DNA of 63,660 nucleotides, filler included, from Lenisia limosa (GCA_001655205.1; 15 parts of 15 records of this genome joined end to end with filler, not necessarily neighbours in it), one strand, 5' to 3'; positions 40,071-52,917 are shown, counted from the whole stretch's first letter. A program made the numbers and translations. Notes: generated by a model not told the origin, from the sequence alone.

Positions 40071-43000
40071 GTGGCAGCTCAATACAACACATGTTAGTTT
40101 TACAGCCCTTTATCCTCTTACTGGGCAAATTTACGCTGTTTTCTTCCTTAAATACTTAAAATTTGTGAAATAGTAGATATAAGTATGGAAGACTGAGAAT
40201 GTTCAAAAACGATGGAAGAAAGTTCGTTCCAAAAGTAATTTGTCCGAGGGTATGAATTTTGTAACTTTTAACTTCATAGATCGAGTAATGGAAGGGGATA
40301 AACACAAAAAAGGTTATAAGGCAAAAAACAATAAATTCACTGATTTTTTTAAGGTACTCAAAAATGACTTTAAACCGTTTTTTGAGTACTTTTTTTGAAA
40401 AAAAAAACACATATTTATGNNNNNNNNNNNNNNNNNNNNNNNNNNNNNNNNNAGAGCAGCAAAACTTGCTTTGTATAAATGTTGAGTTTGGATTCTGGTG
40501 GATTTACTTCTCTTTTAATGCGATGTACCTTAAGTTTCATCCAATTTACTTAAATACTAAATGATAGTTAAAATGGAGGATTTGTTTTATATAAAACACT
40601 GCTTTTTGTTTTAAAAAAGTGGTGCATAAACAATTACAATGGCTATATATCTACTTTGAAGACAGAAAATGCAGTTTTATTGGTTTACTTCTCAAGTGCT
40701 CCTTTACTGGAAGATGGAACGTCCTCGACAACGACGAAAGCCACCAGGTAAGGTAAACCCCGTTATTACTGCTTTTTCTGTAACCCCTGCAACTCCATAA
40801 AGCTTCGTAAACCTGATTTTCACCTCGGAGTTTTGGTCAATGCACGTACACAGGCGAATGTAGTTCTACCACTTTTCCCTAGCATACTGGGAATTAAATC
40901 AGAGTCCGCACTTATTATACCAGAGTCCGCACTAATTTCAATAACAATTCAACTTCTATTGAAAGGTTCTGGGGAGGGGGGAGTAAAATTGGAAAATTTA
41001 TGAAACAAAAAAAACCCAAATCAACTCTGTNNNNNNNNNNNNNNNNNNNNNNNNNNNNNNNNNNNNNNNNNNNNNNNNNNNNNNNNNNNNNNNNNNNNNN
41101 NNNNNNNNNNNNNNNNNNNNNNNNNNNNNNNNNNNNNNNNNNNNNNAATAAACAAAATATCATTTCAGTTTCATAAGTTATTATGATGAAAGGCGCGGTG
41201 TGTGCGCATTCAAGAAGAGAGGGTTGGGGTGATTTGGTGATACTTTTGAACTAAAACGTGAATAACCAAGTAAACACAGTAAAAGTGTTCTGTTTCGCTT
41301 CTTCAGACATATGAGGATGAGTTTGTCATTTTCCTAAAAGGCCATCTGAAACATTTAAATCAATTTGAATTAGTGAGTCAAATCATGATTAAATAAAACA
41401 AAAACAATTCCCAAAGACAGAATAAAATACAGAGGACAAAAAACAAGAAATAAATGTCCGCTAACCTAATATTTAAACCTTAATTTTGAAAAATTGAAAC
41501 TTTTCTGAAAAATACGGACTTTTTTTATATTATCTTTTCCCTTTATACTCCCTTGATCAGAGCTCCCCTTCACTTTAAAGTATAAATATTCTATTTATAT
41601 TCCTGTTTCCTCCTTCGCTTCAGCCAGCCAATGGTTAATGTGTCACACTCAGTAATTACATTTTTTAGAAAGCTCTCTTTTATTTTACAACAATTCTACC
41701 AGCTTCTGCTTTGTCTCTCGCTTCCTGCCCCGATATTGCTCAAAAGTAGTATCTTAGTCACTCTGCCTTCGCGTCATCTGCTCTTGCCAAACGGGACCTC
41801 AGGTGATTATAGGATTATCCTGAGAAGTGTGCTTTTTTATTCCCTTCTAACGTGGCTTCCTTCTAAAATAATAACTGCCTCAGGAATGTCGCCTCTTTTT
41901 CCTCAAACATTAGACCCAAATCGATGGAAAATAATCTTCTTGGTAATTGGGTGCGTTCCCTCTCACCATTCTCTGGTATTTATCTCCCAAGATGGTTTTC
42001 CCAGTCGTTTCGATGTTAAGAACCGTACAACACCTGTAAAAGCTAAGAACAAGAGTGAGCCAAAGTATAACAGGTCTGGCTCACGTGTGCTCATTGATTC
42101 GAACTTCCTGGAGCTTAAAACGTCTGATATTTTTCCAGACTCGGTGAATGGTGGTTTCCCAAGAATAACAGTTTACTCTTTGAAGAATAACTGTTTTAGA
42201 TCAAAATCCCAAAGGAAGGGTGCGAAGGTCTATTTGCAAATGGTTCACTGCAGGTGAAGGAAATGTATGTTTTTTATACTAGTTTTACATTTTCAGTGTC
42301 CCGGCCGTATTATGTACGCCACCTTCTCACAAGACAAATTAACGTTTGTTTTGTTTTTATGTCCCATTTTTTAAAACACTACAAAACTCCTCTTTGAATT
42401 AAATTTGCTGTTGTAGCACTGTCAAACAATATTCCAGACTCCAGCCCGACAGCCCTCTCGCCAGTTCGCCAAGTCATGGTATGAAGGGAGGCTGTTGTGT
42501 CTGTTTATTATTATTTTAGGCTTCTAAAAGATACATTGAACCTTGTGGGGGTGACTGGTTTCTGAAGTGTAACGCTTAATAATGATGCATAGAAGGCAAT
42601 GTCATTTTTAGATTTCAGCATTACGCCTCAAACGGTAGTAATCAGAACCCTATCCGTCTTCATGAGGTTCGTGCGACGGAGCTTTGCCTCAAATCGACCC
42701 TGGCATCGGCTCTTTGTGAACTACAATAGTAACTTTTTAATTCACAGAAACCATATAATACGTGGTTATAGCCACAAGGAAAATTCACTATCCAAAGATC
42801 CTGCTACTTCTGGGGGGGACTCGTCGTGAGTTTGAACATTTCGTGTTGGGGTCTTGGGGGATCTTGGGGTGAACTTCTTTCTGCCCATTCCTGTCTTAAA
42901 AATAAAAATGGCGGGTTTACCTCAATTTCAATAAACAATAGAGGTTTCCATAGTACTTACCTCAAAGCAGACTGCAGGATTCGGGGTCATTTTGGGATTG

Positions 43001-43679
43001 TAGCTTGAGGGAGCGACCTTGAGCCTGATTGTAAGTAGTGTAACAAAAATCATATTGGAAGAAGCGAAACGAAAATTCGCTGCTATGGTGGCTCGGATAC
43101 AGATCATGCTGAAGTCTACAAAGTATGAAAGTGATTTGTATTTTTTTGTGAGAAAACCGCACAAACTTCCAGGCCGCGGCCGCCTGACCTTGCTGACATT
43201 TTTCCTTAATGTTTTTACAACTCCGCAGCACTTCCTTTTAGTTTTATTGTCATAGTTTTGTGTGACAGGTAGATGACATCTCGACAATCTGGTCAGGGTT
43301 GTGGTGGTCGGACCGCAAGTCTTAGCGGTTTTTCGGGAAATGAAGGTAAATTCACCCCTCTTCTTCCTGTAATTGCCTTAGGTTTCTTTACGTTATATTG
43401 TATTCGCAGTACCGTAGGTACTATATTGGGAAGACCAACTTCATGGCACGGCGTTTGGCTCAGCATAACCGAGAGATCGCCATCCACAACTGGTAGTTAG
43501 TTTAATGTCTTACAACCTGTCAGATCCTTGTGCTGATGTTCAAGAATATAAGCTATCGGAAATGCTTGAAAAAAAAGAACTGCTGCTTATGATAAATTTT
43601 CTTCTGAAACAAAGGCTCAACTTAACTTAATTTCAACAATCATCAAAAGAAAGCAACATCATCGAGCCTTGAAGGCAGC

Positions 43680-44463
43680 TCGTGTATTATTGCAAATCTA
43701 CTGTGCCTGTACTCCAAACGTTTCTCTTCCATCAAGCATTGTTTTCAGATGAAACCGCATTCATGGGTAAGTTTTTTCCCAATTTTGAAGGCAACCCAAG
43801 AGCATCATGTTTGACCGTTTTGTCCCATGCTGGAGAGATGGTCTAAACCCATTAAGGTGATTCAATTACTGAAAAGGCTGCAGCTCAGAGCTTGGTTGAG
43901 GGAGAGTCGCGTCAACATGAAATACCTACTAGCTCCTGGTTCAAGCATTCTTTGGAAATGATTGACGAATGGTCTGTGAACAATTTGAAGACCCAGGGAG
44001 TGACCAAACACTCTTTCCTCCGTCAAATCAGGTTATTTATGATGACAGAGAGTCTTTGTACAAATGTGGTGGAATAACAAAGCCTGCTATGTATTCAATC
44101 CCAACTTCTATTATCAATTGGAGGAGAGTTGCAGTGGAAAAAGTTGGTCGGCCCTCTCATCCACTGATCAACATGACTGATGGTTTGCACACATGAAGCG
44201 AATCATGCAAAAGAGTCTGAAGGAGCACATCAGAACCCAAGGGACCCAGTATGAATGGATGACTTTTTGATTCAAATGATAGCCTTTCTCAAGAACAACT
44301 GGCAAATATTATGCGACATGTGCTTTTTTCTGTTTCTACAGATGTCATCGAGAAGAGCATTAAAGCGTGTGGCTTCTCGATCGACGGCTATAATCCCATG
44401 ATTATTCCTGATAAGGCTTACGGCACCGAACAAAGCTTATTGTCGAACGAAGAAGAATCTTGA
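43680..44463 (+). pseudogene. Probable decayed Tc1/mariner-pogo (IS630-Tc1-mariner superfamily) DDE transposase
   Basis: LFSDETAF (first catalytic Asp motif) near 43740-43765, followed by CLTVLSHAGEM, and C-terminal VSTDVIEKSIKACGFSIDGYNP resembling pogo/DDE_1 tails. Multiple stops and frameshifts; the middle Asp motifs are ambiguous. Confidence 0.4.
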
Positions 44464-45323
44464 CAATGGAGATAGTCCGAACGAACGGCCTCCTGGCCTA
44501 TCCCAAAACTCAGTTAATTACACCCAACATATCTACTCAAACATTATAGGGGAAGGGTGGCTAAAATGGAGGCTAAAATAGTGAGGGTGTGGATGGGAGA
44601 GTTCGGTTCACATCACCTTGTAGTCGTTGAGGTGAGGGTCCATAAATATAGTCGCGGAGCAGGGTCGCAAGAGGAAACAAGGAAGAGAGGAAGAGGAGGT
44701 AAGAGGGTAAGGGAAGAAGGGGTTAGGTGTTTAGAGGAGGGGAAGAAAAAGGGGTCTGGTTCAGGAGGGATGGAAGGGTCCTGGTTGTGGGGACCGCTTC
44801 CACAACACTCCTCGAGCCCCATTGAGATCATTGCCTTAGTGACTGGTACTTCTCGGCGCTCTGACAGTGTTCCCCTCCTCCCTTCTATCGCTGAGACGAA
44901 CAGTCTACCACAACCATTTTTTCACAACATCGCCCGATCATCAATACCCCACAAAAAGTTGTATAAATTGTGTAATATTTCTTGTTTTATTTGTATTTCT
45001 CTCTCATAAGTTGATACATTTACATTCTGTCCAAAAAAAACCATCATTTTACCCGGTGTTTTTAAACTATTACACATCCCAGACGAGTCCTAGAGACCCC
45101 CCATTCCCATTCTTTAACCATTTTGCCAAGTATAAATAGTATAATAGTGTTATAATATGATATAGGCCTATTAGTGTCTGGTGTTGTTCAAGCTATTGGT
45201 ACTTTACTTCTACTTCAAATTTCCAGCAACTGATGAAGGATGAGCATACTTTCTCCATATTTCTTATTTTCCAAATTCCATTTCATCTTGAGAATTTATG
45301 CAACGAAAACAATTTCAAATCCT

Positions 45324-45873
45324 TTAAAGAGAATTAATGCAAGTCACATCAGTGTTGATTGTTGTCAAAACAATACCAATAATCAGTCCATACAGAGCCA
45401 GTGCTTCAGCAAAGATGAGGATCACTAAGGTTGGAACAAATAATTTATCTTGCTCCCCAGTTGCTCTGACACCAGCGTCCCCAGAATCAATCAAAACAAA
45501 AACCTGCTACTCCAATAGCAAACCCTGCCGCTAAACCAGAAAGTCCTACAGACAGGCCGGCAGAGAGGTGTGCATAACCTTTAAACAAAGAGTAATTTTC
45601 AGGGGATGTTCCAAGAGCAATAATCACCGAGAGAATTAATCCATAAATACCTAACACTCCAGCCATAACCACAGGAACAAGTGATCTCATTACTTGTTCA
45701 GGATGAAAAACTCCCATTGAACAAACCCCAACTCCTGCTTTAGCTGTTCCATAAGCTGCACCAAAGCAAGTAAAAATTATTGATGAAGCACATCCCTTCA
45801 TAAATGTTTCTCAAAATACCAAAAATCCAAAAAAAGGAGCGGAAGGTGGACAGTTATCATTTTGTGTAGCCAT
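45324..45873 (-). CDS. ATP6V0C: V-type H+-ATPase 16-kDa proteolipid subunit c, 167 aa; exons 45820-45873, 45504-45795, 45324-45481
   Basis: Spliced product [39 protein letters not shown]...[14 protein letters not shown]...[57 protein letters not shown]... with the conserved Glu in FAEAL. Total 504 nt; introns of 24 nt (GT-AG) and 22 nt (GT-TG). Confidence 0.95.
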
Positions 45874-46689
45874 TCTGTTTGCAATGAACAAACCAGGAGG
45901 CCAGCGATGAGGGGTACCAGGCATGATCCCTGATCTTTTATAATTTTCGCTGATGTTTCTTCCCGTGGCCCGAGCTACCCAGGTACCCGGCAAACCTGAC
46001 TTTGGTGAATCCCTTTTCTGAGGGATGCAAGTCTAGAAACTTAAAAATTAGAGGATACAAGTGCTATAGTTTTATTATCCAGGACAGCGAAATCAATTTT
46101 TCCGTTCTGGTATTACCATGCCCAAATTTCGAGGATGTTCCCTCAGCTCTTCTCGTTGCTGTTATAATACTATTATCAGTAATTGTTGTGAATGGGTCTG
46201 CCACTTCAGCCGCTGTCGCCCTAGGTTAGACTTTCTCTTTGTCTTGTTGCTCCCTGTTTGTTTCTTCCTTGCTGAAGCAACTTCCACCACACAGTTAACC
46301 AGTCAACTGTTTTAATCAATAGGTGAGAAGAATACTGCTGCCGCCAACACTGTCCCTGTTTTTGAGGGTGAGAAGTTCGAGATCTCTAATCGATTCTTCG
46401 AAATGACGATCGGATTTTACGACTCTTTCAAGGTTGTAAAGCAGCATCGGTTTGAGTAATTAGAACTTTTGTTTAAAAAATTTTCACCATTTCTACTTAG
46501 CGCTAAACTTTAATTCATATGATATCTATGTATATTGGATATTGGATTATCCATTTTCACTGGGCCTTTGTTTTTTGACACATCTCATACTCTGAAGATA
46601 CTCCTACAACACTGGCTTTCACTTCACTGCTACGCCCAAGACTTCTGAGATCAAGACGGCAAGCACCATCGCCTGTCCAAGCTGAACCT

Positions 46690-47045
46690 TCTATGCGATC
46701 GCAAGGTGGGGATTATCCTCCGGGTGTGCATGTTTGCCTCTTGAAGGGGTCTTCGCACCGCTTTTCAGACTACAGAAGAAAAGTAGCCATTTCTCATTTG
46801 AGAGCTCCTCAGTGTCCATTACTGTCACATTGTGTGCCAAAAAAGAAACACGCAACACGACAAGGCATGAACTTCATAGCGGCGGTGATGAGGTCTTGAT
46901 CAACAGAAATAATCGTACCGTCAATATTGAAGGCAGCAACCTTCTGGTAGACGATGCCTGGCTTGGTCTTGAGCTTATCAGAGGTGGGAAGCTTGAGGTC
47001 AGCAGCTTTTTGGAACTTGGAATACTCTTGTTCTAATGGAATCAA
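46690..47045 (-). CDS. Coding fragment, possibly HAD/PNK3P-like
   Basis: KVAAFNIDGTII resembles PNK 3'-phosphatase KVAAFDLDGTLI. However, a 24-nt in-frame GT-AG stretch (GTACGATT...GATCAAG) could be an intron that removes the GTII part. Confidence 0.3.
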
Positions 47046-47905
47046 GAGTCATCACTTAGAAATAACCATGTTTACAACTGTGTTACAATAATAGTAGTAA
47101 TACTTATGCAATATTCAAGATTTTGAAAATCTATATACTATATCTATACATAATAAATATGATATATGCCTGGTACCCATAATACAAACATATAAATAGT
47201 CAATCTAAGAAATATAGAAAATCAAACAAACCTCTTTAACACCGGAGTCAGTGTAAAACATGGGCCGTTTAGTGGACAGAGTTAGTGTATGTCGGGGCGG
47301 TGTAACTATAATGTAGCATTGAAATATTATTCATTACATTTACTATGTTGTAGGTAAANNNNNNNNNNCAGCACTTACCAAACATCAAACCCCAGAATTT
47401 GTTTTACAAAACCATAAATATTGTAAGTGCTTCAGAAGGTCAATTATGTACATCAAAAAAACAAAAGAAAAAGAAAACACGAGACAATGGTACAGACAGA
47501 CCTTTATCGAATAACAGCCACTGAAAAAACCCGCAATACAACACGTAGGCTAGGAATCAAGGCTCGATTTGCTAGGAACATGAGGTTTGGACCAAAACAA
47601 AATGGGTTGAAAGAAACACAAATTTCTTTGGATTTATGGCAATACGATTTCATTCTATCATCAAATCAAGACTATTATTCTATGATATTTGAGACCTTTA
47701 AAGAGTATACAAATGTCACTCATGGTAAAATCCAGCTCACAGCAGGCCTTTTGCGCTTCAGGAGTGGAGGAGTCTCAAGAGCAGAGGACGGGGTCTCCAA
47801 AAGGGAAAAATGAAGTGGATGGCATCTTGGTCCAAGTTGACGTGTACGGTGAATCTTCGGAGTCATTAGTGAAATGGGAGCTGGCAAATCCAGCGACGGT
47901 TCTTG

Positions 47906-48575
47906 TCAGACATCGGTGACCGGGAAGGCGGCAACGAAAAGTTCCTCGAGACGTTCAATGAGGTCCTCAGCGTCCTCATCACTGGAGCTGATCTCCTCGC
48001 TCACAGCAAAGCAGGAAGCAACAGAGAGACCGTAGACAAGCTCAGACCGTAGCATGAAGAAGCCATGCTCGAGAAGCTCCTCTTCACTCATTGGAGCGAA
48101 GGCAGCGATAGCATCAAAAACCGAACTGGACACAACCTCCTCAACGTCCAGGAATTCCGTGTTCTTCTGGAAGAATCTTTGGCAAAGGGCGTGAAGCTTG
48201 GACAGGACAGCCTTCTTGATGGGCTCAGGTTCAAAACCTTCTTGCCACAAGCGCTTCTCAAGGATGAGGATGTCCTTCTTGATGGCTGACTTTGAGATTA
48301 TCTGTACTTGTGGTCCTAAACCCATTAGCTACATAGACATAGAGAGCTAACAAACCTTCGTTGGTGTCAGTCTCAGGGATAATGTCATCTTTGTAGGTGG
48401 CTTCAGCAGCAATTCTGATGTTGGTAGCGGCGTTATCCAGAATGGACCTGGGCAGAGATGACCAGCTTGTCAAGCGCTTCTCAAAGGCTTGTTGGCGCCC
48501 GGCTAAGGGCATGGCAGAAAGGTATGTAGAGCAAGCGCCACAAGGGTCGATCTTCTTGAAGGGACTGGTAGCCAT
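47906..48575 (-). CDS. Two-exon (or more) helical protein, unknown
   Basis: MATSPFKKIDPCGACSTYL...DDIIPETDTNE | short GT-AG intron | ...QVQIISKSAIKKDILILEKRLWQEGF...LIERLEELFVAAFPVTDV*, with protein-like composition. Confidence 0.45.
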
Positions 48576-51500
48576 TTGAAAGAAACAGATAAACTGAGGA
48601 GGTAAAAAGTTAAACCCCCCAAGGTGCAGCTTATCAACACTAAAACAGAAAAGATTTACTACAACACAAAAGGAAGAGGAGGGGGAGGGGGCGAAATGAC
48701 ATTTCACACTAGTCATAACAGAACACTCACCACAATTTATACTGTATATGTACATATTAGATGAGAAATGGAAAAGAGTTCTACAATAGTATGAGATATC
48801 ATATGTACTAATATTATTTTTAAAATATCATATGATATATGCATCATATACACTGACTGGGATAAATCTTGACCGATATTATATGGATTGACCGTGTGGA
48901 AATCGGTCAAGACTTATGTTGACCACTATGTAGTATATGACATATCATATGATATGATACATACTATGTATGTAGTATGTATATTATAACATCAAAAATG
49001 ATTGTGGAAATAATAATATTTTATATGTTTTAAAAAAAATAAAAAAGATTGGTAGTATTTATTGGCGGGTCATATTCTATAAAAACGCTACATTGATCAT
49101 AAAAGGAGACAAGAAAAATGCAATCAAACCTCGCCAGCGTCAAAGAACTCTTGGAAGTGTTCCTTGAGGGTGTGGATATAAGCAAGGGAGGGGACACAAA
49201 TAAACGAGACCTCTCTCGTCTTGGGAGGCGGGGTCTTGAGTATTCCTTTGGTGAACTCAACGATCATGTCAATCTAATTCGTGAGGGGATAAAATACAAA
49301 GATATCCACTGTATTAATATTCAAGGCCAAAAAAATGATCAAAATCGCATACGACAATGGAGGACGAGAAGGGCTTCTTGTGAGAGTCTTTTTCATAGTA
49401 TGCAACAAGGTCGATTCCAAATTGGTGGCAGATATCCTTCCGTTCACGTTTGGTGAGTAGCAGATATCACCTGAACCGTTAACACATATGATAGTATATG
49501 ATATGTATGTATATATCATATCATAATTTCAATACTATAACCGGCTTTTTTGAACCGGGGTGAAGACCTACATATATCGTATACTATACACGTCAAAAGA
49601 ATGTGTTGCCCCAATTCATGGGAATAAAAACCTCACAACCTACCAAATAAAAAAATATCTACCCCCACAATTCAACCCTAATCTATATTTGTATTTAGTA
49701 AATAGCAAAACTGAAAAAAAAATACACCAAGTAATCCCCAGGCCAACTGAGACGGGAACTTTTCCTTTCAGGAAATACACAAAAAAGTAAACAAGAGCCA
49801 TTGCGGGGCAAAAAGAAGTCCTAAATCATGAAACTTATCAATACTTCACAAACCAAGCCGGGATGAGGTGAGCCTCGTCAACAACGNNNNNNNNNNNNNN
49901 NNNNNNNNNNNNNNNNNNNNNNNNNNNNNNTTAATTAATTAANNNNNNNNNNNNNNNNNNNNNNNNNNNNNNNNNNNNNNNNNNNNAAAAAAAAAAAAAA
50001 AAAAAAAAAAGAAGCCCCAAAACCAGGGGGGAGTAAAGGGAGGGAAATTTTGATGAATATTGGCGTTTATGTAATAATCACGAACCGAATAACCTGAATG
50101 GGGGTGACAATTATTGATGGAGCAAAAACACGACAAGCAACTCTCTTGGAAACAGTTCCGACGTATAAGTAGGTGGTGATTTCAAATTCGCGATTCAACC
50201 ATGAATAGCCGACCTTTTTGATTTGGTCCAACTTCTCCTGTTCCTCGGGAGGGATGACTTCCTTGTCCTCCTTTTTGGGGCTACTAACAGGCGAGTTGTC
50301 CCAGTGCATCTTCGACCTAACGCGTCAAAAAGGAAGCTAAATATCAAGGAGAGACCGATAGCGAGCAAGTACCATGAGGGAAAGATGAAAAGAACTTTGA
50401 GAAAAAGTTAAAAGTCCTTCTGTACGGTCCGAAAAAGACCGTCAAAATATCGATATGTAATAATTTGAGATAAATGTTGGTGATAGAAACAGCCCCCCCT
50501 CTATACATGTGAGTTTGCGCACGGCCGATCCGAGGAGGAGAGTTGGCTTCGAGAGCTGCCTGGAGGGGGGGGGGGGNNNNNNNNNNNNNNNNNNNNNNNN
50601 NNNNNNNNNNNNNNNNNNNNNNNNNNNNNNNNNNNNNNNNNNNNNNNNNNNNNNNNNNNNNNNNNNNNNNNNNNNNNNNNNNNNNNNNNNNNNNNNNNNN
50701 NNNNNNNNNNNNNNNNNNNNNNNNNNNNNNNNNNNNNNNNNNNNNNNNNNNNNNNNNAGTTACGAACCAGTGAGAGGTGGGAGGGGTAGTAAGAAGGGTG
50801 GAGGGGAATAGCAGGGTACCAAGAGAAGCTTTTATTTGGTTTTAGTATAAACATGAAGTATTTAATCAAACAATGTGATATGTCTTTTCAGCTCACCAGT
50901 TAGACATATCACGGAGCCCCAAGATCAGCCAACCAGTTCAACATATCGCGGAACTTCGCAGAGATGCTCAATTTCGTCCATTTGTCCGGAGTCAATCTGC
51001 GCTTCCTCCTCACGAGTGGGATGCAAGCAGGGGTGCTCCAGTATCAACTTTCCTAATAGGGTAAGTGCTCCAGTATCAGCTTTCCTAATAGGGTAAGTGC
51101 TCCAGTATCATTTCCAAAAAGGGTAAGTGACCCATCATACCTTCTCTCACGTCCCATATTCGGACAAAACCATCAGAACTCGCAGCAAAGACCCTGGGGG
51201 GTGATATAAAGAGGGGGGTGGGAGTAAATTGGAAAATTTATGAAACAAAAAAGAAAAAGCNNNNNNNNNNNNNNNNNNNNNNNNNNNNNNNNNNNNNNNN
51301 NNNNNNNNNNNNNNNNNNNNNNNNNNNNNCATCCCATCACTCCAACAAACAAAGCCCAGGCCAGTCGCGGGGAGGGGGGTAAAAATGACAAGTCCTTTTA
51401 TTTCAATCATGCATGAAAATTAATACATGTTGCAGTTACTTCACTCCGAGACGAAAAGCCCCGGAAATAAATCATATATCATACGTATCGATATTTATCA

Positions 51501-51973
51501 AAGATTTATCGAGAAACTGAGTCTTTCTTCAGAACAACCATTGGATAGACTCAATATAGCCTACCATGGGGCATTAATAGGAGCATTAACAGTCGCTGTC
51601 TCGCGAATCAGCATTTGTGTGGCTTCCTATGAGGTTAGATGCTGCAGTTACTGTATTATTGCAAAGTAAGTTGTAAATCAGGAACACGGTGACCATCAGT
51701 CGAAACCTTCTGTCCCATAGCCCCCTCGCAGATATCATAATGTAACCCCCCAGATATTTACATACATAAAGTACATGTATACTATATATGATATGATATA
51801 CGTATATTATGTATTTTGGCGCCTAGCTCGTTCTCATTTCAATAGTTTGAGTTCTTGAAGGAATTTCAAAATAAATATTTTCGTGGGTAGAGTATATTAT
51901 CTATGTACATTATATAATCCCCCAATATGTATATAATTATAGTATTTGATATGATGTGATATACTATAATCAG

Positions 51974-52275
51974 ATATATCACACCGTCCATCTGTGAATT
52001 TTCCTCTATCTGTGATTTTTTTTTTTGGAAATTTACGGAAAATTTTGCTAAAAATATGGCATATAACTAAGAGAATTGTCATAACAGTTGCTAACAAAAA
52101 TGACAATAACTATTATTTGTTGATGACAACATTTTTATTTTGGCGAGATTGCCGCNNNNNNNNNNNNNNNNNNNNNNNNNNNNNNNNNNNNNNNNNNNNN
52201 NNNNNNNNNNNNNNNNNNNNNNNNNNNNNNNNNNNNNNNNNNNNNNNNNNNNNATATATGGACGGTGTGATATAT
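51974..52275. mobile_element. TIR element (family C), about 300 bp, partly masked by Ns
   Basis: Perfect 18-bp inverted repeat ATATATCACACCGTCCAT (51974-51991) / ATGGACGGTGTGATATAT (52258-52275) in TA-rich sequence. Confidence 0.6.
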
Positions 52276-52311
52276 GTATATATATATATATATAATATGT
52301 ACATTGTCTAA

Positions 52312-52750
52312 GGGCGCCCTTGGGGTTTAAGTTTTACACAATTTTACGCAAATTTAGCTCAGACTTTAAATCGAAAATTTTGTCCACAATATTTTAGGTA
52401 AATTTAAGGATGAGCACTCGACAGCAAAGTTTTATGACAATCCCTCTTCAACTCGATAAGCTTTGATGCTGTAACAAGCACTTGACAAGCATAACAATTC
52501 CGTTTCGAGGATTGTCAGGGGAAGACTCTTCTCTAGATACAAAAACGTATCTTGTCTTTTGTTTTCAAGCAGAATTTGAAATTGGAGTGCTAAAGAGACG
52601 AGAACCGAGCCAATTTTTTTAAGTAGCTCCTTAGGAGGTTCTTAAAATTTGTGAAAATTTGTTAAAATTTTAGCTAAAATTTTTATTTGCCGAGTGCACT
52701 TTTTTAAATGTAGCTAAATTAACGTAAAAACTTAAATCCCGAGGGCGCCC
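52312..52750. mobile_element. PIF/Harbinger-type (Tourist-like) MITE, 439 bp
   Basis: TIR GGGCGCCCT(T/C)GGG(G/A)TTTAAGTTTT at both ends, flanked by an identical TAA (52309-52311 and 52751-52753). TAA/TTA target duplication and G-starting TIRs are PIF/Harbinger hallmarks. Confidence 0.85.
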
Positions 52751-52917
52751 TAATACCCCCCCCCCACTCTGCCAGTTGGCAGTTTGTTGGCGTGTAGGCA
52801 GGGGTTATACGCGACAACCACTGTGATTGGACGCTCGTCAGTGGATAGCAGGGTTGAGTTGGGGGCTATTAGTCTGCGGAGGCAGTGATGCATGTCGTAA
52901 TAACGAAGGGTGATGCT

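Noticed and set aside
41631-42257. 208-aa ORF, one of the longest in the track
   Set aside because: No recognisable domain and the N-terminal half looks non-coding. The 3' part might be an exon but cannot be supported.
45324-45873. Alternative nuclear genetic code (stop-codon reassignment)
   Set aside because: V-ATPase c, STEEP1 and the ankyrin genes have no internal stops once spliced and end at TAA, the histidine kinase ends at TGA, and the in-frame TAG before the helicase ORF is explained as a splice acceptor.
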